A DNA stretch of 64,000 bases from contig JBEWZL010000156.1 of NCBI GenBank assembly GCA_045837725.1, positions 1-64,000 on the forward strand. Reading direction: 5' to 3'. Numbering within the stretch: the first letter of the stretch is position 1; every line of letters starts with the position of its first letter. Source of the DNA: Vermamoeba vermiformis (Eukaryota). A program made the position numbers and the translations under genes. Of this stretch, positions 1 to 13,171 are shown piece by piece. Under the pieces are notes generated by a model. It made no database searches, was not told where the DNA came from, and saw nothing but the letters and a program-made list of their open reading frames with translations.

Positions 1-967
1 ATTTGCGAAATATTTTGTGTTTCAACGCCTGCTTCGCTGAAATTCGTTCGCTCGGATCACCGCCAATGAGATCTTCAAGCAAGTCACAGGTAACAGGGCA
101 ATTAATCTTTCCGATAATATTGAGTTCTAATATGGCTTGGTATAATGTAGTCAGAATAGGCGTGCGACATATCCTCATTTAGCAACTGGATCGTTTGACT
201 TAAAGTTAGTTTGACTTGCGTTTAAATCGAGCTGCATTAAAATACTAACCAATTCGAGGAATAATACGCCGGCACGACGGACATCTCCTTCACATATATC
301 GTACTTGAAATCAAGGAGGTAGTTCATGTTTGTGTGTTCCGCATTCGCAAAGTTGGTCAAATAAATGTGAGGCTTCTTCTTGTTGCTCCACTGCCACGTA
401 ATGCTGCTAGGCCCGACATTATCGTGGCATACATGGCGCTTATGACAGCACGCTAGGGCCTGAAGAGATTAATTTTATTACGAAAATAAATTTTAAATAA
501 ATTTTAATTAAGTTGCTTACTTTTAACAACTGCCGGGCCACGATGTATGCGTATGGATGTAATGTTGATCTACAGTAGTCTTTGTATTTTGGAGTGATGG
601 TGATGTGGCATTCCAGCGTTGGATTCACCCGGATGTACTTAAGTATGAGTACTGCTCGGGCAATATACGGGCATTTATCATCATCTACCAAATCGTGCGC
701 TAGATACTCGCTGTTTAAATGGCGTTGTTGAATATACAGCTGAAAATACGCATTTTCTTTTGTTAACGGTTGGTATTGTCCAATTAACGATTCAAGGGAA
801 GGATTTTTGGTCGCTTCAGTCAATAATACGTAGCTATGCAACGTAGAACCTATATCCGAGGTTCTAATAAAGGTTTAGTACAAATATTGCAAGATCGACC
901 AAGTGTTACCGTCGTACCCGAATAAATCAGTCAAATAAGGATACTTAGTACAATTTATGATTGCCAT
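1..967 (-). CDS. Protein kinase-fold protein with degenerate catalytic motifs (pseudokinase); multi-exon, runs off the window edge
   Basis: Spliced translation gives RQLLKALACCHKRHVCHDNVGPSSI (subdomain VI), IYLTNFANA (VII), DVRRAGVLFLEL (IX) and CDLLEDLIGGDPSERISAKQALKHKIF (XI). ATG at 967. The junction near 170-250 is unresolved. Confidence 0.7.
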
Positions 968-1337
968 TGTGCTTGCGTTTAATTTAGAAATAAAATAACT
1001 TCCAAAAAACAAAAGTTTTGTTTGAAAGCAAACGGCTACAAAAAGCGCGCGAAAACCATTTTAGTTTCAATCCACTAATGACGCGCCAAAGAGATACAGT
1101 GGAGTCCATGGTACCTTAGGATATAGATTTAGGGTGGCAGGAATACGAAATGGAAAAAGAAAAAATAAGTTTAAGCTGATCAACAACTCATTCAAGTTCG
1201 CCTACATCCGCGACATGGACTTGACGCTCATCCAATAATGGAAATTTGAATATGGTTTCAGTTTGATAGAGCTCGCTATGGTACGAATACGCTTCAAGAA
1301 TTAAAACAATCAAGACTAAATTTTTTTTGTTTACAGA

Positions 1338-1781
1338 TTCAGCCGAGTTACTCCTTCGTACGCCGAGAATTTGACAAATTTGAAAAAAAATCTACGAGAT
1401 ACATCGCCAAATTCTCACACTGGAGTTCGTTGCGACAATTGTGGTGTTACTCCGATCTACGGTGTCCGCTACAAATGCGTTAATTGCCCCAATTTTGACT
1501 TATGTGCCAGTAAGCATACGCAGCTTATTAACGACCTCAATATTATACTCACAAATATTATATTTGTTTTGGATCGGATTTACAGTGTAAATGCGTGACA
1601 TATATTTAACGAAATTTCAAACGGTGTTAGCTGATTGGTTCGTTTTTTAGACTGCGAGACATTGGACACCGGCCACAACAAAAGTCACGTGTTCTTAAAG
1701 CTGAAATTTGCCATCACCAAAGAGCCTGACAACACTACCCCGCTGTTACCGAACATCACAGTGCAAGCGAACAATAGTTAG
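1338..1781 (+). CDS. ZZ-type zinc-finger protein; 5' end unresolved, possibly a pseudogene
   Basis: HTGVRCDNCGVTPIYGVRYKCVNCPNFDLCA joined over a GT-AG intron (about 1509-1650) to CETLDTGHNKSHVFLKLK, stop at 1779-1781. No clean upstream start exon was found. Confidence 0.7.
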
Positions 1782-2224
1782 TCCTTCAGATAGTCAATTA
1801 GTCCTACTTTACCTAAGCAAAAAACTCGAGTCATTTTTACCAAGGTATTTTGATAGTCGATCGTTGTTGTATTTGCAGTTGGAAATTTGTTAAAAATTAA
1901 ACCCCAACAGAAGCGTTAAAGCTGTAGAAGGCAATAGGATTATTACTGCGAGCACGTTGAAATGGCTTTTTGATGAATCTAGAATCACGATCGTGAAATC
2001 AAATCACAGCAAAATTAAATGGCACGTGCAAAAACCTTTGTAAATTAAATCAGGACTTCTAACCGGTCACAACGTGTCAGAAATAAACCAGAATAATGTC
2101 ATTACTGCCGATGCCGGCATCGTTAACAATTTTAGACGGATTTTCAGTTGAAACACCCCGGAGGTCAAAAACCCTCTGCATCCAGATTGTAGTAAAAGAA
2201 GTGCAAACGTAATAAGTTTAATAA

Positions 2225-2975
2225 AAGGGGAGAGAACGGAGACGCCACCCCCAAACCCAAAAACAAACCCCCCCGCCCCCCCGCCCCCCCCCGCCGGCCC
2301 CCAGCAGCACAGAGGAGGCCGGCGGCCGGGCAGGGAGGGGGGGGCCCGCCCGGGCGGGCGGCCAGGGGGGACCGGGGGGGGGGGGGAGGGGGGGAGGGTG
2401 GGGAAAGGGGGGGCGGGCAGGCCCGGAAGGAGGGGAGCGGCCCGCCCGCAGAAAGGGAGCCCGCGCAGGGCCAGGGCCGAGGGGGGGCGGGGCCGGGCCG
2501 GAGAGCCCGAAAGAACGGGGAGGGCGCGACCAGGAGGGCCGGGGGGGGGGCCAGGCCGCGGGAAGAGCCCGGGCCGCCGGGAGCCCGCGGGCCGGGGAAC
2601 GGGCAGCCGGGCGGGGCGGCCTGCGCGCCCCGGGGGGAGCCGACAAGGAAGGGCCCAGAGACTCGGCCGGGCCAGCGACAGGGAGGCCGCCCTCGCGCAA
2701 GCCGGGGGAGGGGGGCGGGGAGGAGAGGGCACCTGAAGGGGGGGGAGGAGCGGGGGCGAGCGGGGGCCGGCCGCCGGGAGGCCGAAAGGGGGAGAGGAAA
2801 GGAAGGGGAGGGGCGGGGCCGGCCGGGGGAGGCGGGGGGGGGAGAGGGGAGGAAGGCAAACAGAGAAAAAAAGAAGGGAGGGGAAGGATGCGGGGGGAAA
2901 AAAAAAGGGGCAAGGAGAGGACTCTCCGGGACCGAACGGAGGAAAAGAAGGAAAGAAGAATAAAGGGGAGAGCGA
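2225..2975. other. Extremely G/C-rich, T-depleted low-complexity tract; probable low-quality sequence
   Basis: Abrupt switch from AT-rich DNA to poly-G/poly-C runs with almost no T on the + strand. The overlapping ORFs are Pro/Gly/Arg low-complexity. Confidence 0.6.
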
Positions 2976-3135
2976 CGTTAATTTTATTTGACGATTGCCA
3001 CACAAACCCTTCGCAACGCGTCTTGTGTGAATCTTCTCTTTATTTGCTAGTGCGTACACTTTACTACAAGATTCACCAAACAATCGGAAACAAAATCGCT
3101 CCAGTTGTTACCATAACAATTAATTGATCGCATCA

Positions 3136-6100
3136 ATGAACAATAAATCGCCGGTACGTACTTTTAGTTCTGAGGAAATTTTAAATCGAATTCTCTTTTA
3201 ATTAAAAAGAGAGAGAATAATTTAGGAGTGTCTTGTTAATTCATGATTTATTGCGTTGTCGTTAATTATATTTAATTTAGATTTTTACGTTGCGATATCC
3301 CTACGACACTGTTGGACCTCTCGTTCGTGTCCAGAGCCTGAGCGTTGCCCTCAACGATAAAATCTATTATTTTCGCGGTTCTATTTCAAGGGACGAAGTA
3401 ACAACCGATGTGTCTTGTGGCACGATCAGAGTATTTGACACGACATCCGGCACTTGGGCTCAGATCGAGACAACGCCGCCCCGGCCAAAATGCAAAAGCA
3501 CTAAATTGCGGGGTGTGACAGTAGGCACAGATATTTGGGTGTTGGAAGGAGATAACTGGCATGTTTTTGACACGATCCAAAGCAGATGGCGCGACACTTC
3601 AATTCAACTCGACCAGCACGCAGCCGAACATTACGCAATCGCAGTTGTAAAGGATAATATTGTATACTACGACAATGCACATGGCTTCGAAGATATGCAC
3701 GTGGTCATTCTCGATACCAATGCCAAGATCTTACACTCACATCCGGAAGGCTATGGCAATCTCCCGTATGATCGCCGCAATCCACTTATGATAGCACTCA
3801 ATGAGGACATTATGTTCCTATACGCACCTTATGCAAGTTACGAGGACGAAAGAGCCAAGAAGAACGGCGAAATGTTCTTCTACGACATGAAGCAAGGCAA
3901 GTGGGCTCGTGCCGACACTTCCAAGAAGCTGAAACGAATGCAAGAATATGTGTTATATATTGGCCGGATCGAGCACCTACTCTTGTTCATGTCGAAAAGA
4001 TCCATTTGGACTTTGGACTTGCGCACCTTTGCTTGGAAAGCGCATGCAATCAACGTGGATGGCACCACTAAAGGCCTCGTCATTCGTGTGGCAACCTTGC
4101 TAGGTGACAAGATCTACTGTTGCATGAGCAACGGAAAGGTGTGCGTCATTGACATTACAGGCATTAAGACTGCACGAAGTCAACAGATCATGACCGGCAT
4201 CATCGAACGGGCAAAAGTGCTGCTGGCCGCTATTAAGGTAAATCAAGTATTATTAATATGGGGCGTTAGTTAACACGTAATAGCGCCCTAATACAGCCGT
4301 TGATGAGTTCAGTGCCGAGCCAATCCTGGTGGACACAAAGCTTGACGTTGTCAAGTTGAACGATATTAAAAGCTACAAAGAAATCCCTGCAGACTTCAAG
4401 TCATTATTTCCGCTCATCGGCCCCAAGACCATCGTGTCCAACACCGTCCCCGAGCCATCAGACACAGTGCGCATGCACAAGAACTACCTCCACTACCTGA
4501 CTCTCGCATGGTCAAATCACTTCTCAGTGGTGTTGTCACCAGACATTATTTTCTTCACGATCTTGTGCGAGATTGCAGATGTGATCTTGGGTGATCCAGA
4601 TTCATATCGACATTTGTTCACTGACTCGACTGAAAAGAAAGAAATTATGTCGCTGACTCACGGTGTTGAGCACATCGATGTTACTCAGCTAATACACGGT
4701 AAGCCATAGTTTTACTTGATAATTGTAGTCAGTAGCAGCCTCTAAGAACACATAATAGGTATCGCGAAGAACGTGCCAATTGACTCGAGTATTTTCACTG
4801 CAAACTTCACGAGCAGTACAGCAGACTCACAACTCGCCATTCAGTCTGCTTTCTGCGAAACAATGTCTGCATATTATTACTACGTTTGTGGACTCTGTGG
4901 TATTCCGCGCATCAAGGTCCTTGGCACGAAAGAAGACTGGCAAATGATTGAACAAAAAGTTCATCGCATGCGCACCGAAGTGTTCAGCCTAGACACCACC
5001 ACGACCAAGAAACTGAGCACGTATCTTTCAAAGATCGAGTCACAAGTGCGCAAGATTTACACGACAAGAGACCCATCGTTCTGGAAAGACATGTTCTACA
5101 TTGACGACTGTCAGAGCGGTCACGTCGCTGTAGTCACTGGGTGGATTGCGATGTTTTATGTAGAGCACGAGGCTGTTAGAAAGGACGGGCACACAATGTA
5201 CTCGGGCAACGACTTTTACAACTACAAAGCTCACATCTCAACTGTCAAGTGGAGAAACATCGAAACAGAGCGGCAGTTTGAGCTCAAGTGTGGTCTTTTC
5301 TCGAGCAGAATTGTTAGTGGCACAAATGAGCTTGACACAAAGTATCCGTGGCTTGAACCATCATTCAGTCACGTGATCGTCGAGACTGACGGCTCAGGCA
5401 AGATGTCGCCCGAACGTTTCAAAAAGTACATTGAAACTTTAGACGGAGGAGACCGCTCTCTCATGGAATCATTCTACGAAGTGTGGAAAGACAATCCAAT
5501 GGAGTTCGTGAAAGGCGACAAAGAGCTGTCATTCCGTTATCAGCTTGTTGGAATGCAAATTGATGCGTGGAAAGAACAGTACAAGAAGACTGGAAAAAGC
5601 TTACCAAGCATCGATTTAACGAAAGGAAATTGTGGCCAAGCATTAAGTTCTAATAGAGGCTACAAAGACCTGAACAAACCCGCTGCCGAATCACTCGCGA
5701 ACAAGATCTGCGAGTACTTGGCACTCGATCGACATGTCAAAAGTGTCAAATTATGCAATGGCAGAGAGGCAGCAGTACCGCTTGAAGAAGCAATAGTCAA
5801 GTCACTGATTGGCTATTCAGCACTCGAAGAACTCAGTCTGGCTTGCATCACCACGCAGCTTTACGATTTGTTGGCACAGCTGCTAGTGCACCCTGAGTGC
5901 AGATTAAAGACGCTCAAGATTGGCGGTGACGACGGCGAAGTATTTCGCCAACCAGCACCCAATCTTGTCAACTTTGCAGAGGCGTTATTGCAGACAAAAG
6001 CTCCATTAGAAACGCTCTTCATGATTCCATTCTCGGATGTTCGATTAGCACACTCAATCAGCCATTTATGCACCATGGCTAATGGTCTGAAGAAGTTCAA

Positions 6101-7037
6101 GTTGGGTTCAAAGTACATTGGGTCACTCGTCAATGTGCCCAGGATGATTTTATTGCATGGAGTTGTCACATCAAAAACAATAGAGGAAATTACTTTCTTT
6201 GATATCGGACAACAAGAGGTGATTCAAGACAATAAGATGCACTTTGCTCATGCGCTAGATAACGAGTTGATGGAGTTCATCGTTACCAATTTGCAGCAAA
6301 ACACTTCACTGAAGGTCATTAGCAACCTTCGCGTGTTATTCAAAGAAGAACAAATGTCACGAGTTCTGAGAATTCCAACATTACGAGAGATAGACACATT
6401 TCGGACAAAAGACTTGTCGTTCTTAACCGTGACAAGACAGCTCAAAAAAATCAAAGTCACCTTGACCGATTGCACTACCAAGCATGCGGAGTACTTGCGA
6501 GAGTTTTTGGCCGATGAAAATTGCACGCTAAAAGAGCTGAATTTATCACATAGTGAGTTTAATGCACACCCTGAGGCTATAACTATTATTGCTCGTGGCT
6601 TCTTAAACAACAAATCACTACAAGCGATCACTTTGGACAGTATCCAAACACACCAAAAAGTTGATGATGAATTGTGTGAATTGCTGACACAGTGGATTGA
6701 ACGAGAAGACTGTAGTTTGGTCCAAATTAGCTTTTATGATCGAATTTTTGAACACACTCACGTGCAAAGAATTCTCACGGCACTGCACTACAACAAAATC
6801 ATGACCAGCTTTAAGGCGTCAATGAAGATAGCCGCCTTTGGAGAGTGCCAATGTCTCATGGACCTTCTTGCCAATAATACGACATTGACTAGTGTAGGAA
6901 CCTTTTCAATGCCTTGGTCACGTCAGTCTTTGAACGTTGCTGATGAACAACTGGAGGCTTTGAAAGCTGCAGTCAAGGCCAGAACTGACTTGAAGTGCAC
7001 ATTTGATTCGGATTTCATTAAGAACCAATACTACTAA
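3136..7037 (+). CDS. Kelch-repeat + DUF4419 + RNI-like LRR fusion protein (about 1220 aa)
   Basis: Exons about 3136-3153, 3281-4237, 4284-4698, 4759-7037 joined by GT-AG introns. Kelch-like blades (VALNDKIYYF, VTVGTDIWV, FDT..W); DUF4419 motifs AWSNHFSVVLSPDI and CGIPRIKVLGTKEDW; C-terminal LxxLxL repeats (CTLKELNL, NKSLQAITL, NTTLTSV). Confidence 0.75.
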
Positions 7038-7325
7038 ATGCAATCAATTACTATTCTTGTTAAAAAGGTGAGTAGATGTCAATTTAAAGAACCAATCGTT
7101 TGTCCCAACAGACCAAGGCTGACATTTTATAGGTGAAATCTTAGCCATTTGCGATTGCATATGACTAATGCTCTTTGGATGTGCAGGGATATGACTCACT
7201 TTGACTTAACGCCACCCTGTATGAAGAGAACAAGGAGCTACTCGACTATTGATCAAACAACCTTTGATATATGATAATAAAGTGAACGATTGTCACTCGT
7301 TTGGTTTTATTACGATTCTTGAAGA

Positions 7326-7943
7326 CTACTGCAAATATGACATGTCAAATTTGATCTCGTATATTTCATTGCCAGATAGACCGAGGGCTTTGGTGTCAGT
7401 AATGATGAAAATATCGACTATCAAGTCGTTGATGTAACCAATGATCGCTCGTTTGCTGATTGAGAAGAAAACTTGACACAGCTTGCTTTTGTGGGAAGTA
7501 TGCCACGTTAAAATGTCTCTATTTAACCAACGAAAAAAGAATGCACGTTCTGGCAAGCTGATCGAGAGGTAAGGGTCAGGCAAGTGCTCGATTTTGTCTG
7601 GCATAGTGTTTGTATCTTCTACGTGGGTAGTCGACAATTCATTGGTCAGTTCACGAACGGTGAATACTCCAGATTCTGAGAAAAAAAAGTTTAGAACAAA
7701 CACGATTTATTTTTTCTTCTGGATATATTTAGGATTAATTGTGGTTATCACATGTTGTGGCTGATTATTATTGGCATTGTACGGAGGCAGCAAGTACCCT
7801 GTAAAGGAAGTCGTGTAAGCAAACTGACCGTTTGATTTCGTGCTTGACGTACATGGCGTGGCTGTGATGTACTGAGGAATATAAGGCGTGTTATTTTCAG
7901 CGCTATTTTCGCTGTCTTGAATAGGTGGATCTTCTTCTGGCAT
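7326..7943 (-). CDS. Hypothetical protein (2 exons; apparent 1-nt deletion in the A-run near 7710)
   Basis: ORFs 7707-7943 and 7326-7703 join through a short GT..AG intron only if one extra A is added to the poly-A run. No recognisable domain. Confidence 0.4.
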
Positions 7944-8078
7944 TGATGATTAATCTAAAAGACAGAAAACCGAGAAATTTAAAGTCACCCTGAATCCGCT
8001 TCGAAAAATCAAAGAAAGATATTTCACAAGTCACCGCCTTTATTGTGCTTAATACCACAATTACAAAGCGATCAATGT

Positions 8079-10822
8079 TTAAAACATGGCGGCAATAAAC
8101 AACAATGCGAATGACAGAACGGATCCGAGTGTCACAGCCGCACCACTCGTTCTTGTAGGAGTGTTGTTATTAGGACTGCTAGGACCTGACGAAGGCGAGT
8201 TGCTGCTAGGATTGGACGATGAAGGCGAGCCATTGTTCGTGCCAGGGACGTACGCACTTGGCGATGTTTCACTGCCTATAAACAAAGTCATCGTAAGCTA
8301 CTGGCTCATGAACAAGACAGTTTGACACGTGTCAACTTTTTGCGACAACTTAATTGATCTAAGATCGCTTTCGAGGTTCGATTGTGACACGTGTCAAATA
8401 CGTACTTCGAGCACAAGAGCTAGCGGCAAATGCGAGTGAGACAGCACCAGTGCCAGGGTTGACAGTTGACACGGCCCACTTGATCGGAGCAGTGACTTGA
8501 TCGCTCTTCAAATAGACATCTACAACGAAAGAAAATGATTGGCCCAAAGTCACGTGACTAACATTCTGTTACGTACCGAGACCAATAGCAGATCTGTTGT
8601 CGTCCCATTGAATTTCAGCGGTGTAAGTCGTGGACGAGGAGCTAGGCAGCAAGTTGTGCAAGTCCGACGTGGCAACATATTGTTTATCCTGCGAGTTTGG
8701 TGTGAGCTTCTGTTTGACACGTGTCAAAGGGTGTCATCAAGGTACTTACGCCATCGACGATCACGATCGACAAAGGGTAATAAAATCGAGCAATGCCTGC
8801 ATTGCGCACTTGAACGGCAACATTTGCGCATTTTGAGCCATAAGGCACGTGGTTGGAGCAAGCGTCAGGTGTCAAAATGTCAATTCTGTCAATGACGAAG
8901 TGATAGCCCATTGCGCGGTGTGCTTCAAGAGCTCTCATGGCTTGATCAGCGCTGAGCGTATTGAACAAATTGTAGAACAATAACATGGAGGTCTATCAAA
9001 TGAAAAATCAGACTGGGTTGGATCAATTTTGACACGTGAAAAATATCGAAAATGACACGTGTCAAATATAATTTTTTTACAGGTGTCACGAGGGACTTTT
9101 TTTTGACACTTACGTTGACACTCGTCAAACAGTTAATGAATGCTGTGGCATTTACGGCGTTGGCAAATGCAGTGATTTGAATGGTCGGTTGAACTTCACC
9201 GCCGACAGGCTTCAAGCCGACATTAGTCAACCAGCCCTTATTTGACAATCTGAAAACAATCTCGTGTTAACATTGGGCGAGGACGTACTTCCTAATATGG
9301 AAATGTTTTAGTAGTCAAACGTACCTGGCTCTGAAACCGTCGCTGCCACAGGTACTCGCACCAAAATCATCGTCGTGGAATCCGATGTTAGTGCTAGTGA
9401 TATAATCAATAGGACTGTATTGCAAGAAATCGGCGCTAACCTAAAAATTGAACAAAAAATTAACACTTTTTTTTGGATCTGGTGGATCCGGTCATTTCTT
9501 ACAGTCAACATGGTGATACTAAATGAAGAGTTATAAGCACTAATAATGCGCTGTTGAACAGCCGTCGAGGCCATTAAATTCTCATCAGGATAAGTGTGCC
9601 ACTCGCCCCAGTGTCCCAAAAAGCCGAGCTGAACATAGCGGGTCAAAACGATAAAAAAACTATCTTTGTAACGCTAGAATAACAACTATATCATTATTAT
9701 AGTACTCACATTGATCATAGCAATGCGATTATCTCCATCATATTTGGCGCCCATTGCTTTGATGAAAGTTTCCATGGCGCTGTAAATTAGATCAGTAAGA
9801 TTAGCTACCGTCAGATCTGATCATAATATTCTATAATACTAATAGTAAGTATGACGTACGAAACAAAGTTCTCGTTGCTGTAGTCGGGAGATTTACCGCT
9901 GCCAATGTCAGTGTAGGTCGTGTAAGGCACACTCGACAAAAAGGACGGCATCGCGTAAGCCGGATCTAGTAGTGATAAGATTATAGTTAATATACAATAG
10001 ATTGATAAGTATGGAATGAATAAGTCCGTTCACCGCACAAATTAAAAGTACGGAGGATTGCAAAATGGAGCGGATCCAAAATCATTACCTCCGTCAGGAT
10101 AATCTACGTAGACTCTAAAAACAGTTTGACGACCGCGACTCTTGACGTCATCGAGAAGATCTTCAATGGCGGTCCAGTTAAATGTATTAACACCTGAAAA
10201 AACGGTATTATTTCCATTTAAGGAAAGTAATCAAAGTAATAATTATTTCTCAATCTTGTATTAAATAATACTGAATACAGTGAAAAGTTAAGCGTATGAG
10301 TCGTGTTTAATATGATTGAAGTATTAAAGAGCTAACTGACTGCTTTGTAGCAGTAAAAATTGCAAGATGATCCGCCATCCAAAAATTTTGGTTCAATAAT
10401 CGTAGAATTATGATCAAATTACATATAAATAAGTAATTATAATCTATTTATGATGTTTGGATAATTACCCGTCATCACATTGGCCCAAGGAATGTAATTG
10501 TATTCAATAGACGATTTTACTGTGGTGAACCCTGGATCAATCGAATTCTGATAGGAAAAAAAGCCTATAATGAACGGTATAATTAAAATCATATTTTGAT
10601 ATTCGCAATTTTGTATCTTTACCTCGGAGAGGATTGTCGTCCGTATTTGTCACATCTGAAACAGAAATTCTCCGTTAGCTAATACAATATGATATACTAT
10701 TAATTAATATAGTTACCAAAAGTGTACTCTTGATTATAGCAAGAAACGCCTTGTTGCAACGAGACGGAGATCGCGCTCAAAAGAACTACGGCCAACAGCA
10801 AGCCAGTGCCACGTTGGTTCAT
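8079..10822 (-). CDS. Secreted, probably GPI-anchored glycoside-hydrolase-like protein (DUF4832 / GH-A TIM-barrel type)
   Basis: Signal peptide MNQRGTGLLLAVVLLSAISVS. Motifs NPLRGF, FNWTAIE, VFRVYVDYP, SPDYS, KYDGDNRI, LGFLGHWGEWH, IGFHDD, PVGGE, MGYHF, VRNAGIARFYY. Ser/Pro/Asn linker and hydrophobic C-terminus. More than 10 introns. Confidence 0.75.
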
Positions 10823-11514
10823 TCTTTTCTACTGATATATAAATATAATATTATATAATATTGATATAGATGGAGTTTTGGTGCTCAAAACAAAATGGAA
10901 GTAAATTAATCACGGCGGAGCCTCCGTTAGCTCACCCAAAAACTTTGTGATTCAATGAAAAGTTATAACCACGTTCCTGGCAACTACGTTCTTCCACGCA
11001 TCAAACCGAACATCACCAAAAGAAAATGGACGGTCCGTGATAACAACTGTGAAGAGTGGAAACCCAACATTTCCACGGGAGAACAAGAGAGCCTGATCCT
11101 CCTTCAGGGGAAGGGTTGAATGAATATTGCACTCATATAATGGGACTTTATCACGTTAATTCTTAAGATCATTCATTCTTTTAAATTAATCAAATCCGAT
11201 CTCGCAATTATTCCTTCCGCTCTCTTATCATTTATCTTGTATTTTCCTATCTATTTTAAAACCAAATAAAAATCTAATCTCTTGTTCCGTTTATAATTGC
11301 GTTCTCATTAATTTGACTTTTCCTATTAATTTTCAGGGGGTCCAGGGTCCAACCCTGGCACGTGGTAAATCAGTTTGTGCGAGTATCTTTTTGGTGATTG
11401 CTGGATCAGATCTGTTCACTGAAAAGTTAAAATCGAAACAGATTGAACGAGAATTAAATGAGCAGGTGTCAGTTTTCAATGAGATAAAGTTTTATATTTA
11501 CATTCGCAAGCTTT

Positions 11515-12909
11515 TCACTCTTTGTTCTTCTTTTGCCGTCCGATCCGTTCTAGCGCATCATCGTGCAAGTGATAGGCTTGTTTGAAGGTCTTAGTCTCGG
11601 GGTCAAATAGCGTAGGATTAGGCACTGTATCATTAACACCTCCAATAGAAGTATATCTAATTAAAAAGAACGTTTGTAAGTAAAACTAGAATTAAGTACG
11701 AATTTTGTAGCGGATGTGGCAAGTTAAGTGATTTGATTATGATCTTAGCGCTATTTAATACGTACCCTTGGTCATATAGACTGCAGTAAGGCAGCTTTAG
11801 ACTCAGTAAAAACTTCCATACATCGTCGTACTTCCAATCGAGTACTGGAAACACACGCATAAAGTCTGGAAATCCATTGTCTGTGGGCGTCATAGACTGT
11901 AATTTATCTATTACAGAATACATTAGTATCGTTAAGGCACTACGTTGTTATGTTATCCCGATCCAAGCCGTTACAAATTTTATTCTTATTCAAAATTGCA
12001 TAAAAATACTTAGAAATTTGGTAGATAATATAGCGTAAGCGGAGATTGATATTAAGTGTACCTGAATAAGGATCTGTACGCCTAGTACCCATAAATATAG
12101 CTTTGATATGCGGGTATTGTTCTTTAATCTCTTGCAGCCCTTGTTTGTAGTTATGTGACTCGATTGTAATGACGTGAAGATTGTACCTAAGTAGTATATT
12201 AATTAACTATTGATATTATAAGAAGTTGAAGGAGCTGATCTGAACGTTCTTTAGCAAAATAACGTCATCACTGCGGATCGCGCTAGAGCACGAAGCAATG
12301 TTGTTATAGAATTATATAGCAGTACTCACATTTCGGCTGTGCCATTCATAAAATCAGTTACTTCTTGAAAGCTGTCTTTCATCAGAAAATAAATTGCGTA
12401 CAATTTCATCGCATCTATGTGGCCGTCGTGTTCTATTTCTTTGCGCTTGACTTTATCATGCAATACTAAGAATATTAGGTGTAATAATACTACGCTGTCT
12501 TTGCCTCCATTGTATGCAACTGCAATCTCATTAAAACTACGAGCAAAAAATTAGATAAAAATCCAGAGTGGCAATAAATGAAAGAAAATTATATTAAGTT
12601 ATATGGTATAATTAATATTGATTTAAAATTAATTTTAGTGTGGTTGTAAAACAGATTTTACAAACGGACTTATGGAGATCAAGATTATTTACACAACAAA
12701 AATTACAATTAACGTCGGGATCTTTTATAAATAAATTATTAACAATATACTATTATATGTACGTACTTATACTTGCGGAATACTTCGACAATCAGTTGGA
12801 TCGAGTCATCTAACCGCTTCAAAAAATCTGTGTCGTTTGTTGCTCGTAGTAAATGCATTGCATGATCTAAATCGAAAGATAACTTATTTGACGAGATGGA
12901 TGACGTCAT
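11515..12909 (-). CDS. FAD1: FAD synthase (PAPS-reductase family)
   Basis: [59 protein letters not shown] and ERIGR across spliced exons. Confidence 0.9.
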
Positions 12910-13171
12910 GTTGTGCTCTTTCGTGCAGGATCTTTCATAAATACCGATTGAATTCACCAAAAACCATCTTGTTCACCGAAATGTCTTTCGAAACCTTTCC
13001 AAAACCCAATATAACTCATAGTATACAGTATTCGTCAACTAAGGCTGTGTTAATGCGGTAATTGAGGGTCATTGCCAAATAGAAGAAAAGATCGGCAAGA
13101 TGAATTTTCGCATTTTATTAACAAAAAGGGGTGTTTGAATTATATTATGACTACATATTACAAGGGTTTCA

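Noticed and set aside
2067-3083. 338-aa and 261-aa Pro/Gly/Arg-rich ORFs
   Set aside because: They are by-products of the stop-poor G/C tract and lack domains or normal codon usage.
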